A stretch of DNA of 64,000 nt, taken from positions 36,828,001 to 36,892,000 of the forward strand of contig NC_047015.1 in the NCBI RefSeq assembly GCF_902652985.1. The letters are read 5' to 3'. How positions within the stretch are numbered: position 1 is the first letter of the stretch; each line of letters opens with the position of its first letter. A model generated the notes under the pieces. The model was not told where the DNA came from. It ran no database searches and worked only from the letters and a program-made list of their open reading frames with translations. Shown here one piece after another: positions 26,877 through 39,123 of the stretch. The position numbers were made by a program, and so were the translations under genes. The stretch is from Pecten maximus. Taxonomy: Eukaryota.

Positions 26877-28309
26877 TTTTTATACGCCCGACGAAAGATG
26901 GGACGTATTATGTTACCATGTTAGCGGGTGTTCGGGCGGGCGTTCGGGCACATATTCTGTCCGGACCATAACTCCAATACTACTCGACCCAGGCTCTCCA
27001 TACTTGACACAAATATACATCTTGATGAGCCGGAGTGTCGCATACCAAAATCATGTCCCTTACCCCCGTATTTGTGGAGTTATTCCCCTTTGATGATTTT
27101 ACTTGTCCGGACCATAACTCCAATACTACTCGACCCAGGCTCTCCATGCTTAACACAAATATACATCTTGATGAGCCGGAGTGTCGCATACCAAAATCAT
27201 GCCCCTTACCCCTGTATTTGTGGAGTTATTCCCCTTTGATGATTTTACTTGTCCGGACCAAAACTCCAATACTACTCAACCCAGGCTCTGCATACTTGAC
27301 ACAAATATACATCTTGATGAGCCAGAGAGTTGCATACCAAAATCATGCACCTTACCCCCGTATTTGCGGAGTTATTCCCCTTTGATGATTTTAATTGTCT
27401 GGACCATAACTCCAATACTACTCGACCCAGGCTCTCCATACTTAACACAAATATACATCTTGATGAGCCGGAGTGTCGCATACCAAAATCATGCCCCTTA
27501 CCCCCGTATTTGTGGAGTTATTCCCCTTTGATGATTTTACTTGTCCGGACCAAAACTCCAATACTACTCAACCCAGGCTCTGCATACTTGACACAAATAT
27601 ACATCTTGATGAGCCAGAGAGTTGCATACCAAAATCATGCCCCTTACCCCCGTATTTGCGGAGTTATTCCCCTTTGATGATTTTAATTGTCTGGACCATA
27701 ACTCCAATACTACTCGACCCAGGCTCTCCATACTTAACACAAATATACATCTTGATGAGCCGGAGTGTCGCATACCAAAATCATGCCCCTTACCCCCGTA
27801 TTTGTGGAGTTATTCCCCTTTGATGATTTTACTTGTCCGGACCAAAACTCCAATACTACTCAACCCAGGCTCTGCATACTTGACACAAATATACATCTTG
27901 ATGAGCCAGAGAGTTGCATACCAAAATCATGCCCCTTACCCCCGTATTTGCGGAGTTATTCCCCTTTGATGATTTTGTAATTGCTCACCATTCACTTAAT
28001 AATGGTATTAGGAGGCTGATTCTTTGCAAAGAGGTTCTTTTAATGTATATATTCTGTATATAAACATGTGAACTAATTTTTGTGTTGTTGTGTCTAAACC
28101 AAGGTTTCCCATATTTGCAGCATATATACATCTCATCATTTAAAGTTGCCCTTCGGTTTTGACTACACACCATTATGTGTATCAATATCTCTTTCCAACT
28201 TTCCAACAATGATACTTCATTTTAAAGCATTACAACCTGTGAAACTACCCCCTTCCAAGTGTCAAATATTGCGGCGGGCGTATGTTGTGGCCCTCCAACG
28301 GGCCCTTGT
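26877..28309 (+). mobile_element. Non-autonomous Helentron-associated element (HINE/DINE-1/pearl-like) with internal 146-bp tandem array
   Basis: 5' ttttt-ATACGCCCG subterminal IR plus partner gggacgtat, then a (gggc/gttc) microsatellite and 7 x 146-bp units. The 3' end has subTIR CGGGCGTAT (28275-28283), hairpin ggccc-tccaac-gggcc (28289-28304) and cttgt. No RepHel ORF. Confidence 0.8.
26958..27977. repeat. 146-bp satellite x7, partly as 292-bp A/B dimers
   Basis: tgtccggaccataactccaatactactcgacccaggctc... period 146; identical ORF starts recur at 292-bp spacing (27181/27473/27765). Confidence 0.95.
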
Positions 28310-29275
28310 GTGTCTTAAAAAGCCTTAAAAAATGTTGAAAAATGAATTTAACTGATTGAAAAATGGAATCATGTTGTGTAATTGAGTCTAGGCCATGCAT
28401 TAGGAAAGAGAGGGTGGTATTTACTGCTATGTTAGTTTTCATATTTTGCCTCGTGTCTAGCTGTGGTAAGGAGAGTGTAAAGATTAGGTTGGTTACCTCA
28501 TAAAGAGGCATTGTTCTTCAGGAATGACTGGACTGACTTGTTTTAGGTCAGGATGCTGGTACATGATAAAAACATATATCTTTCTCTCAGTTGCATGGTT
28601 ATATTATCAATGTGTGCCTGGAACATTCTTATCCAGACTGTCCCATGTCTGTGGAATTGTTTAGAATTTTTACTAAATGAAAATACATGGAAGTTTTTGT
28701 GCTATTATCTCAAACAATTTATGCACAGTCTGGCAGAAAGTAATTTAGTTTTTTGAAAAAACATAGAAATTGTGACATTAATTTTCCCTTTGTAATAGAA
28801 GTTTGATGATGATTGTTATTATCATTGATATCATTGGTACAGACAGTTTAAGACAGAGGATGCATCGTCTTATAACATTTATACTTAATGAATTACAAAC
28901 CTTCTCTGTCCATCTAAGTAACAACATAATGCACACACATTTTAATGGTTTTGATTGACGTCATGAACCAATTACCATTGATAATTCCATACTCTAATAT
29001 AAGCCTATGACTATTACTCAAATATTTTATTCAGTGAGGCACAATTGTTCAATCTATCTCATTTTCTTCAAAAAGAAGAAACTATTTCTTAAAATTTTCC
29101 CCTGCTGTAATATCTTATTTTGAACAGTTACAGGAGTCATGTCAAATTTTACTTGCAGTAAAAAACTTGGGTACCATTCTGATATTTCACAAATTTACTT
29201 AAACCTTCAGACATTATCTAAAACTTCTCGATGCTATATCAACCCTTGATATTTAAACTCTATTTTATATTGCAG

Positions 29276-29430
29276 ACGTATCGTGATTGAGATCCCACAC
29301 TTCGCTTCGCTGAGAGGAAAGGAACGAGAGATCAAGATTCTGAGGAGTGACAACGGAGAGAAATGGGAAGAGCACCCCATCCTAGCAACAGATGATGCAG
29401 TCAACAAGGCTCTGAATGAGAGCCTCGAAG
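29276..29430 (+). CDS. ANK2: Ankyrin ZU5a exon (RIVIEIPHFASLRGKEREIKILRSDNGEKWEEH...LNESLE), phase 2-1
   Basis: tattgcag|A acceptor, AAG|gtaggg donor; conserved EIPHF/LRSDNG motif. Not in the ORF track because it has no start codon. Confidence 0.96.
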
Positions 29431-29567
29431 GTAGGGTCATCCGTGAATGAGAGTCTCGAAGGTAGGGTCATCCGTGAATGAGAGTCTCGAAGGTAGGGTC
29501 ATCCGTGAATGAGAGCCTCGAAGGTAGGGTCATCCGTGAATGAGAGCCTCAAAGGTAGGGTCATCCG
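29414..29567 (+). repeat. 31-bp tandem repeat x5 spanning the exon end and 5' splice site of the 29276 exon
   Basis: gaatgagagcctcgaag|gtagggtcatccgt repeated; GT at 29431, 29462, 29493, 29524, 29555. Confidence 0.93.
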
Positions 29568-29683
29568 GGGCTACTAAGGGTGATAACTCTTGTCTTTGTA
29601 TAACCCAGCTGTAGTAATAGAATGTGTGGAGGGGTCAAGGTTGAAGGCAGAAGTGCTGGATCAATGTTCTAGTGTGTAAGGAG

Positions 29684-30585
29684 GAGCCGCTATAGCTCTG
29701 TAGGTTAGAGCACCAGTCATGTTACCTCAGGTGAAGGGTCTGTAGGTTAGAGCACCAGTCATGTTACCTCAGGTGAAGGGTCTGTAGGTTAGAGCACCAG
29801 TCATGTTACCTCAGGTGAAGGGTCCGCGATAGCTCTGTTGGTTAGAGAACCGGTCATGTTACCTCAGGTGAAGGGACCGCGATAGCTCTGTTGGTTAGAG
29901 AACCGGTCATGTTACCTCAGGTGAAGGGTCTGTTGGTTAGAGAACCAGTCATGTTACCTCAGGTGAAGGGTCTGTTGGTTAGAGAACCAGTCATGTTACC
30001 TCAGGTGAAGGGTCTGTTGGTTAGAGCACCGGTCATGTTACCTCAGGTGAAGGGTCTGTTGGTTAGAGCACCAGTCATGTTACCTCAGGTGAAGGGACCG
30101 CGATAGCTCTGTTGGTTAGAGAACCGGTCATGTTACCCCAGGTGAAGGGTCTGTAGGTTAGAGAACCAGTCATGTTACCTCAGGTGAAGGGACCGCGATA
30201 GCTCTGTTGGTTAGAGCACCAGTCATGTTACCTCAGGTGAAGGGACCGCGATAGCTCTGTTGGTTAGAGAACCGGTCATGTTACCTCAGGTGAAGGGACC
30301 ACGATAGCTCTGTAGGTTAGAGCACCGGTCATGTTACCTCAGGTGAAGATCGGAGGTGTGTGGTTGACGCTCCCAACCTGAGTCAGTTTGTGTTTCTTGG
30401 AAAGCCGGAAAATAGGACATAGTTGTGTCCTTGGGCATGACACTTCATACTAATTGCTCTGGATGGCATACGACTAGCCTTCCGTATGTTATTCAGTGAG
30501 GTAGACACCAACTGCTACAAGGTGATCACGCCTCAATATAACCCTGGCTGTTCATGGGGCATTAAATATGGCAAACAAAAGCAAC
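29684..30585 (+). mobile_element. tRNA-derived SINE (CORE-like central domain) with a tandemly amplified 5' head
   Basis: tRNA-like head gccgcgaTAGCTCTGTAGGTTAGAGC (A box); degenerate B box ggttgacgctcc (~30362-30373); CORE-like tgtgtccttgggcatgacactt (~30424-30445); A/C-rich tail caaacaaaagcaac. The head unit (42/53 bp) occurs 14 times in 29697-30348. Confidence 0.75.
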
Positions 30586-30960
30586 ACAGAGAATGGTCAA
30601 GGAAAGTGTCAGTTGTAAAATGTTTTTCAAAGTGAATTCAATATAGAAGCTAGCATCCAGATAGTATTACGTATAGCCGTAGTAAGGTATGTTACTTCTC
30701 CAAAACCTTATAAGTTAAGTTGTTATGACTACAAAAGAGGATTTTTCATATTGAATTGAAGGGTGAAACAAAAAATAAAAAGTATGCGAATTCAGACTGA
30801 TAACTCAAAACTGAGTCAACCAATACTTGTGATAAAAATTTTGTTTAAAGATCTGTGTTTGTGACTGCTTTATAATGTACAATTTATACCACTCCATGGG
30901 AAACATTTTTACAACACATTTTGCTGCATATAATAGTATCTCATTGTGATCTGCCTTCAG

Positions 30961-31172
30961 ACCTGGAACATGAGGATGACTTGGCAAACAAACGCATCAC
31001 ACGTATCCTGACAGACGACTTCCCACGGTACTTCGCACTGGTAACAAGGGTTCGGGAGGAACGACAGAGCGTGGGAGAAGAAGGTGGAGTGATCAGCTCC
31101 ACAGTCGTGCCTCAGGTTCAAGCTGTTTTCCCTGAGGGCGCTCTAACCAAGAAAATTCGTGTTGGCTTACAG
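30961..31172 (+). CDS. ANK2: Ankyrin ZU5a/ZU5b exon (DLEHEDD...[11 protein letters not shown]...[11 protein letters not shown]), phase 1-0
   Basis: ccttcag|AC acceptor, CAG|gtatgt donor; conserved motifs. Confidence 0.97.
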
Positions 31173-32093
31173 GTATGTCTCCGATGTCCCAATACAAACC
31201 AGACATCCTGGTACTTCTACCGACAGATTGTCGTCTTAGCTAGAGCTTTAGAGACATTTTTGTTTGTTTTTAATTGAGTATCTCGTATTTCATTATCAAT
31301 TCATTCTTTGGAAAGTTTGTGTTATAATTTGATGAGCAAATTGCTAGACCAACAAAAAACTTTTTGAATTAAAAAATTTAAATGTGACTGTCTAGAAATT
31401 AAAAGTTTTTAAAAGACTTTATGTCAGATATTTTTAATATATTAGCAATTGTTTCCCTCATTTTCTCATTTGTTAATACTTTTTATCATTTTTCTCTTAT
31501 TCTTTTTTTAGTTTTTGATTTTCTTTTTAATTACAAAGTTTTGTTGTTTAGATAAATGCTGTTCTTGTAAAAAGTGATAGGGTTGGCAAAGATGGCGTTA
31601 CTGGCTTTTTTTGGTAGTTGGACTGACACCCTTGTTATTTTATGTAAGAAAATTTTAATAAAAATGATGGCAATATAAATGATGAAAGGTAAGGCTAATG
31701 TGTGAGCTGGTTTTGTTTCTCATTTTTAGCCTACCGGGCCTATTGTAAGGCTAGTGGAATTTCAAACAGACATTTTTTAAAGCAACTATATATAGAATGA
31801 AGACCTCCCCTTTATGCACTATATTTTCTTTGCTTCTAGTGTGTTGGACTGTCTTGGTGTATGGTAGCGCTCCGTTTAGTATCAATAATAGCCCACTCAG
31901 CAATATTATCAGCCATTCTTATGCCACCCTACGTTACTTTTCTGTGGAGTTCTGTTTCGTCATTTTTCCGTTCTATTTTGGTACCTATTGTGTTTATTTG
32001 CGTAATGCTCCAGAGAAAAGTCTCTACCATAAGTATACATCCCAGAAAATTCATCATACCTATAACTCCTCCAAACTGTCAATCAATCACCAG

Positions 32094-32298
32094 GCACAGC
32101 CAATCAGCCCTGATCTTGTTGCCAAGTTACTTGGTAACCGTGTGGCCGTTAGTCCTATCGTGACTGTGGAACCAAGGCGACGTAAATTTCACAAGACCAT
32201 CACCCTGACGATCCCGGTCCCGAAAGCACAACAAAAAGGAATGATAAATCCACATCGTGATGACCTCCCAAGTCTGCGAGTGCTCTACAGTATCTCCG
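32094..32298 (+). CDS. ANK2: Ankyrin ZU5b exon (AQPISPDLVAKLLGNRVAVSPIVTVEPRRRKFHK...LRVLYSIS), phase 0-1
   Basis: caccag|GCA acceptor, CCG|gtaagg donor; EPRRRKFHK motif. Confidence 0.96.
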
Positions 32299-33722
32299 GT
32301 AAGGATATGTCGTTACGACACTGCCACCTACCAGCATAGCTATAAAGGGAGATAAATCTTCCTCGCTTTGTTTTGTAAATATGTAGATAGATTAGACCTT
32401 TAATCACTGCTTTGGTTTGTGGTTTCATTGTGGTGATCACCCGTACGTGTTGAAATTGCACCAAAAGAAGTAGTGCTAGTTTGTTGTAAGTCCTTTGGTC
32501 CCGAAACTCTTAACCCACTTCCCTGTTTGTCTCCCCTTACTTTGTGTAGCTAACTGGCTCTATGATTATCATCTTAGCTATTTGCTTTTATTGCATGAAG
32601 ACTGCTGTGGTGTTAGTCTGTTTTCATGTGAATATGTGAAGCTTTTTTTACGATGCACATTATGCAGTGTTTCACATTACAATTATGCCATGTGAAGATG
32701 TTTTCACATGCAGTCTTGTTAAATCATTTTGACATAAATGTACAAAAATGTAGTGTTTAGACTTGGCTTGCCTATGAAGTGTCTCATCTCATACTTTTAT
32801 AATGAAATATATTCGACATTGCATGTTGCATAAAAAAAACATTTTCACATTAAAATTGAATCTGTTCGTCCATTTAACAGTATAATGAATCCTTAAGTGA
32901 AGTTGTTTCATTTATCATAATGAAATGTTATGTTAATTAGCTTTCACGCTGCATATTATGTTAGAAGTCATTTTCACATTTCATCAAATAACAATGAAAT
33001 CTTGCGTGAAATAATTTTCACATCTCATTATCAATGCAATGTTAATGATTTTCATGTCACAGTGAAATCACTGCTAAAAGTACACATGCGGCTACATATT
33101 TTGCAATATGTATTTACAAAATTTTGACGAATTGATATGCATATTGGATTTGAATTACGGAGAGAATATTGGAGTGACTGCAACAAAAGGAAAATAACGA
33201 AAATCTGCTACACTGTTCATCTTACTGTTGGACCTGCATCATATGATATATGCATAAATTTCCATCTTCCTATAGAGATGATTAGTTGTAAATAAGGCTT
33301 TTGTTAAGTTACCTTGCACCCTTGGTTTTGGTTGATATATATCTTTATACTTACATCGTGTCTATCTCCTTTTGATCTAGTGTAAGATTTATACCGCTTT
33401 CCTTCACCTTTTATCCAGAAGTTTTAGTTTCTGTTTGACACATAGGACAGTAGTGTAGGTGAAAACAAAAACAAATAAGCTTAAAATTTTCGGCAGTCTT
33501 TTAAAGTTTCTATTTTTTGGGGGGGGGGGGGGATGTAGATTTCTCAGTTTGGTTAAGGGAATGAATTAATTTATTAATTATTTCGGTAATTCATTCTCAC
33601 CAAAGCTGTCCATAAACCTACAGTGTGTCCTGTCTGTATTGTAACCTGATATATTTCCACACAAAACAGAAATTTTACTGTAACTTGTTGAGAAAGATTT
33701 GTAAGCAAGCCAAATATTTTGG

Positions 33723-35825
33723 TGTAACTGGGTAGAGAGGTATCTGTACTGTAACTGGGTAGAGAGATATTTGTTCTGTAACTGGGTAGAGAGGTATTTG
33801 TACTGTAACTGGGTAGAGAGATATCTGTACTGTAACTGGGTAGAGAGATATCTGTACTGTAACTGGGTAGAGAGATATTTGTACTGTAACTGGGGAGAGA
33901 TATTTGTACTGTAACTGGGTAGAGAGATATTTGTACTATAACTGGGTAGAGAGGTATTTGTACTATAACTGGGTAGAGAGATATTTGTACTGTAACTGGG
34001 TAGAGAGATATTTGTACTGTAACTGGGTAGAGAGGTATTTGTACTGTAACTGGGTAGAGATATTTGTACTGTAACTGGGTAGAGAGATATTTGTACTGTA
34101 ACTGGGTAGAGAGATATTTGTACTGTAACTGGGTAGAGAGATATCTGTACTATAACTGGGTAGAGAGGTATTTGTACTATAACTGGGTAGAGATATTTGT
34201 ACTGTAACTGGGAAGAGATATTTGTACTGTAACTGGGTAGAGAGATATCTGTACTATAACTGGGTAGAGAGGTATTTGTACTATAACTGGGTAGAGAGAT
34301 ATTTGTACTGTAACTGAGTAGAGAGATATTTGTACTGTAACTGGGTAGAGAGATATTTGTACTGTAACTGGGTAGAGATATTTGTACTGTAACTGGGGAG
34401 AGATATTTGTACTGTAACTGGGTAGAGATATGTTTGTACTGTAACTGGGTAGAGAGATGTTTGAACTGTAACTAGGTAGAGAGATATTTGTACTGTAACT
34501 GGGTAGAGATATTTGTACTGCAACTTGGTAGAGAGATATTGTATTGTAACTGGGTAGAGAGGTATCTGTACTGCAACTGGGTAGAGAGATATCTATACTG
34601 TAACTGGGTAGAGAGATATTTGTACTGTAACTGAGGAGAGATATTTGTACTGTAACTGGGTAGAGAGATATTTGTACTGTAACTGGGTAGAGAGATATTT
34701 GTACTGTAACTGGGTAGAGAGGTATCTGAACTGTAACTGGGTAGAGAGATATTTGTAGTGTAACTGGGTAGAGAGATATTTGTACTGTAACTGGGTAGAG
34801 AGATATTTGTACTGTAACTGGGTAGAGAGATATTTGTACTGTAACTGGGTAGAGATATGTTTGTACTGTAACTGGGTAGAGAGATATCTGTACTGTAACT
34901 GGGTAGAGGGATATTTGTACTGTAACTGGGTAGAGAGATATTTGTACTGTAACTGGGTAGAGAGATATCTGTACTATAACTGGGGGGAGATATTTGTACT
35001 GTAACTGGGTAGAGAGATATTTGTACTATAACTGGGTAGAGAGATATTTGTACTGTAACTGGGTAGAGAGATATTTGTACTGTAACTGGGTAGAGAGGTA
35101 TCTGTACTGTAACTGGGTAGAGAGATATTTGTACTGTAACTGGGTAGAGATATTTGTACTGCAACTTGGTAGAGAGATATTGTATTGTAACTGGGTAGAG
35201 AGGTATCTGTACTGCAACTGGGTAGAGAGATATCTATACTGTAACTGGGTAGAGAGATATTTGTACTGTATCTGAGGAGAGATATTTGTACTGTAACTGG
35301 GTAGAGAGATATTTGTACTGTAACTGGGTAGAGAGATATTTGTACTGTAACTGGGTAGAGAGGTATCTGAACTGTAACTGGGTAGAGAGATATTTGTAGT
35401 GTAACTGGGTAGAGAGATATTTGTACTGTAACTGGGTAGAGAGATATTTGTACTGTAACTGGGTAGAGATATGTTTGTACTGTAACTGGGTAGAGATATA
35501 TCTGTACTGTAACTGGGTAGAGGGATATTTGTACTGTAACTGGGTAGAGAGATATTTGTACTGTAACTGGGTAGAGAGATATCTGTACTATAACTGGGGG
35601 GAGATATTTGTACTGTAACTGGGTAGAGAGATATTTGTACTATAACTGGGTAGAGAGATATTTGTACTGTAACTGGGTAGAGAGATATTTGTACTGTAAC
35701 TGGGTAGAGAGGTATCTGTACTGTAACTGGGTAGAGAGATATTTGTACTGTAACTGGGTAGAGAGATATTTGTAGTGTAACTGGGTAGAGATACTTGTAC
35801 TGTAACTGGGTAGAGAGATATTTGC
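33723..35825. repeat. 27-bp minisatellite, ~2.1 kb, containing a ~640-bp higher-order duplication
   Basis: tgtaactgggtagagagatatttgtac; the variant block caacttggtagagagatattgtatt recurs at 34521 and 35162. Confidence 0.96.
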
Positions 35826-36579
35826 ACACATTTCACTATTCCCAGTTAGATACATTTGCATAATTTGCTCACATATCCAATGTTTTTACTAGACTAAGTA
35901 TGTATCTGCACAAAAAAAAATTATTTCATTACTGTAGCATAATAGATTGCACCTTTCAAAGCATTTGACTTTTTACATTTTGTAGTTTAATGTTTTACCA
36001 AGACTTTGATTTATTTCTCTTTATATTTAGAAGCATTTTTTTAACTTATAAATATTTTGTTGTTGATGGTATTTAGATATTCATCATTATACATAATTTG
36101 ATATCAATATTTGAAAAGTCATGTCATGTTTTGTACATAAACATAAGTATCTACCAGAATTTAATTAATTTTATTCTTAGATAATTTAATCCGTATTTAT
36201 AAAATTCAAATATTTTTAAACAACTTTATCACTTGATTATAGAATAGAGTTCATGTAACATATATTACCAGATTAAAATCTTAGCTCCAGAATAATTCAG
36301 TTCTTGAAACCATCGCTTTTAAAATAAGATTATGTTGCTTTCCGATGTTTTTCCTAATTTAATAAAACCTTGAAATACTTTATCAACTGCAGAGAAGATT
36401 TGTGTTTTGTGGAAGAATTAAACTCTAATTTATTACGATAATAAGTTTACAAGGTTTCAATGAAATTGTGGGAAAGAGGTTAGAATATCGGCGTGCACCA
36501 CCATATATTTACAATTTCACATTGTGTTTTCTCTGCTTTCACGATCTGTTTTCTTCTCTTTATGCTTACGCTGATGTAG

Positions 36580-36603
36580 GCTCCAACAACTCTTTAAACA
36601 AAG
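36580..36603 (+). CDS. ANK2: 24-nt microexon in ZU5b (G-SNNSLNK), phase 1-1
   Basis: Long pyrimidine tract with TGC motifs, gtag|GC acceptor, AAG|gtaaaa donor, frame-preserving and stop-free. Confidence 0.6.
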
Positions 36604-37436
36604 GTAAAACGGCAAAACCATGTTTACGTTTTATTTGTCTGCCTCGGCGTACACATGTAAATATATATATGTCCCCAATATTGTTTTGTGACTGTCTGCT
36701 CCGTTGTGTAAATGTAATTAAAATTCTTTCAGATGAAACTCTGATGTTATTTATTTTGGATATCAGTTATATTAAAACTGCATTCCTTACTGAAATGGAA
36801 CATTTAAACTGAGTTGTTCAACAGCATTTTTTAATTGCAGAAATATTTGTTTATAGCTTTATGATTTAACTTTGCTTTATACATGATTTTCTTGGCAGTT
36901 ATGATAATTACAGTTTTTTAATTTTCAAATATATGCTATTCTTGCTATCTAATTCATGTATTGCACACATATTTTATTACTAAGGAGATATATTTCAAAA
37001 ACAAAAACACTATTAATCCAGTAGAACTGTTTATTATAAAGACATCTATAATGACGCTATCCCTGAAACAGTTATATTTACTCTTCAATGTATATCAACA
37101 TTATTGATGTTTGATCATTAAGATAAAATTTTAATAATTTTGTATACCCTGGTATGTAGTTTTATGATAATTACTGTTTTCAAATAAAAAATTTGATTTT
37201 TCATCACTTAATAGTGATATAAATCAACTTTGTTAATCTTGATTGTCTAATTTATATATATATATATATAATCTGGATCAGCTGAATTCGTAATTTGTTT
37301 ATACCCTAGATAATTACTTTTTATTGAATATATTGGAGTTAATTTACCAGATTATGATATATATCAAAGCATCTAAATATTACAGTATTTTTTACAGTTA
37401 CTTAGGTATGGTATCCATGCCAGCATATGACTGCGT

Positions 37437-39123
37437 CCAACAGTGGCTACATGTTACTGATAGTCCAGGTCAACAGTGGCTACATGTTACTGATAGTCCA
37501 GGTCAACAGTGGTTACATGTTACTGATAGTCCAGGTCAACAGTGGCTACATGTTACTGATAGTCCAGGTCAACAGTGGTTACATGTTACTGATAGTCCAG
37601 GTCAACAGTGGTTACATGTTACTGATAGTCCAGGTCAACAGTGGTTACATGTTACTGATAGTCCAGGTCAACAGTGGTTACATGTTACTGATAGTCCAGG
37701 TCAACAATGGCTACATGTTACTGATAGTCCAGATCAACAGTGGTTACATGTTACTGATAGTCCAGGTCAACAGTGGTTACATGTTACTGATAGTCCAGGT
37801 CAACAGTGGCTACATGTAACTGATAGTCCAGATCAACAGTGGCTACATGTTACTGATAGTCCAGATCAACAGTGGTTACATGTTACTGATAGTCCAGATC
37901 AACAGTGGCTACATGTTACTGATAGTCCAGGTCAACAGTGGTTACATGTTACTGATAGTCCAGGTCAACAGTGGTTACATGTTACTGATAGTCCAGGTCA
38001 ACAGTGGTTACATGTTACTGATAGTCCAGGTCAACAGTGGTTACATGTTACTGATAGTCCAGGTCAACAATGGCTACATGTTACTGATAGTCCAGGTCAA
38101 CAATGGCTACATGTTACTGAAAGTCCAGGTCAACAGTGGCTACACGTTACTGATAGTCCAGGTCAACAGTGGCTACATGTTACTGATAGTCCAGGTCAAC
38201 AATGGCTACATGTTACTGATAGTCCAGGTCAACAGTGGCTACATGTTACTGATAGTCCAGGTCAACAGTGGCTACATGTTACTGATAGTCCAGGTCAACA
38301 GTGGCTACATGTTACTGATAGTCCAGGTCAACAATGGCTACATGTTACTGATAGTCCAGGTCAACAATGGCTACATGTTACTGATAGTCCGGGTCAACAG
38401 TGACTAATGTTACTGATAGTCCAGGTCAATAGTGGCTACATGTTACTGATAGTCCAGGTCAACAGTGGCTACATGTTACTGATAGTCCAGGTCAACAGTG
38501 GCTACATGTTACTGATAGTCCAGGTCAACAGTGGCTACATGTTACTGATAGTCCAGGTCAACAGTGGTTACATGTTACTGATAGTCCAGGTCAACAATGG
38601 CTACATGTTACTGATAGTCCAGGTCAACAATGGCTACATGTTACTGATAGTCCAGGTCAACAGTGGCTACACGTTACTGATAGTCCAGGTCAACAGTGGC
38701 TACATGTTACTGATAGTCCAGGTCAACAATGGCTACATGTTACTGATAGTCCAGGTCAACAGTGGCTACATGTTACTTATAGTCCAGGTCAATAGTGGCT
38801 ACATGTTACTGATAGTCCAGGTCAATAGTGGCTACATGTTACTGATAGTCCAGGTCAACAGTGGCTACATGTTACTGATAGTCCAGGTCAACAGTGGCTA
38901 CATGTTACTGATAGTCCAGGTCAACAGTGGCTACATGTTACTGATAGTCCAGGTCAACAGTGGTTACATGTTACTGATAGTCCAGGTCAACAGTGGTTAC
39001 ATGTTACTGATAGTCCAGGTCAACAGTGGTTACATGTTACTGATAGTCCAGGTCAATAGTGGCTACATGTTACTGATAGTCCAGGTCAACAGTGGCTACA
39101 TGTTACTGATAGTCCAGGTCAAT
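37437..39123. repeat. 33-bp minisatellite, ~51 copies
   Basis: caacagtggctacatgttactgatagtccaggt. Confidence 0.97.

Noticed and set aside
26827-27980. Staggered repeated ~115-aa ORFs
   Set aside because: By-product of the 146-bp satellite inside a non-autonomous element; no transposase or RepHel motifs
29684-29760. Functional tRNA gene
   Set aside because: Only the 5' arm is tRNA-like, the B box is degenerate and the sequence continues into a SINE body
34281-35861. YCNWVERYL / SLPSYSTNI repeat ORFs
   Set aside because: 27-bp intronic minisatellite with frequent frame-breaking 25-bp units
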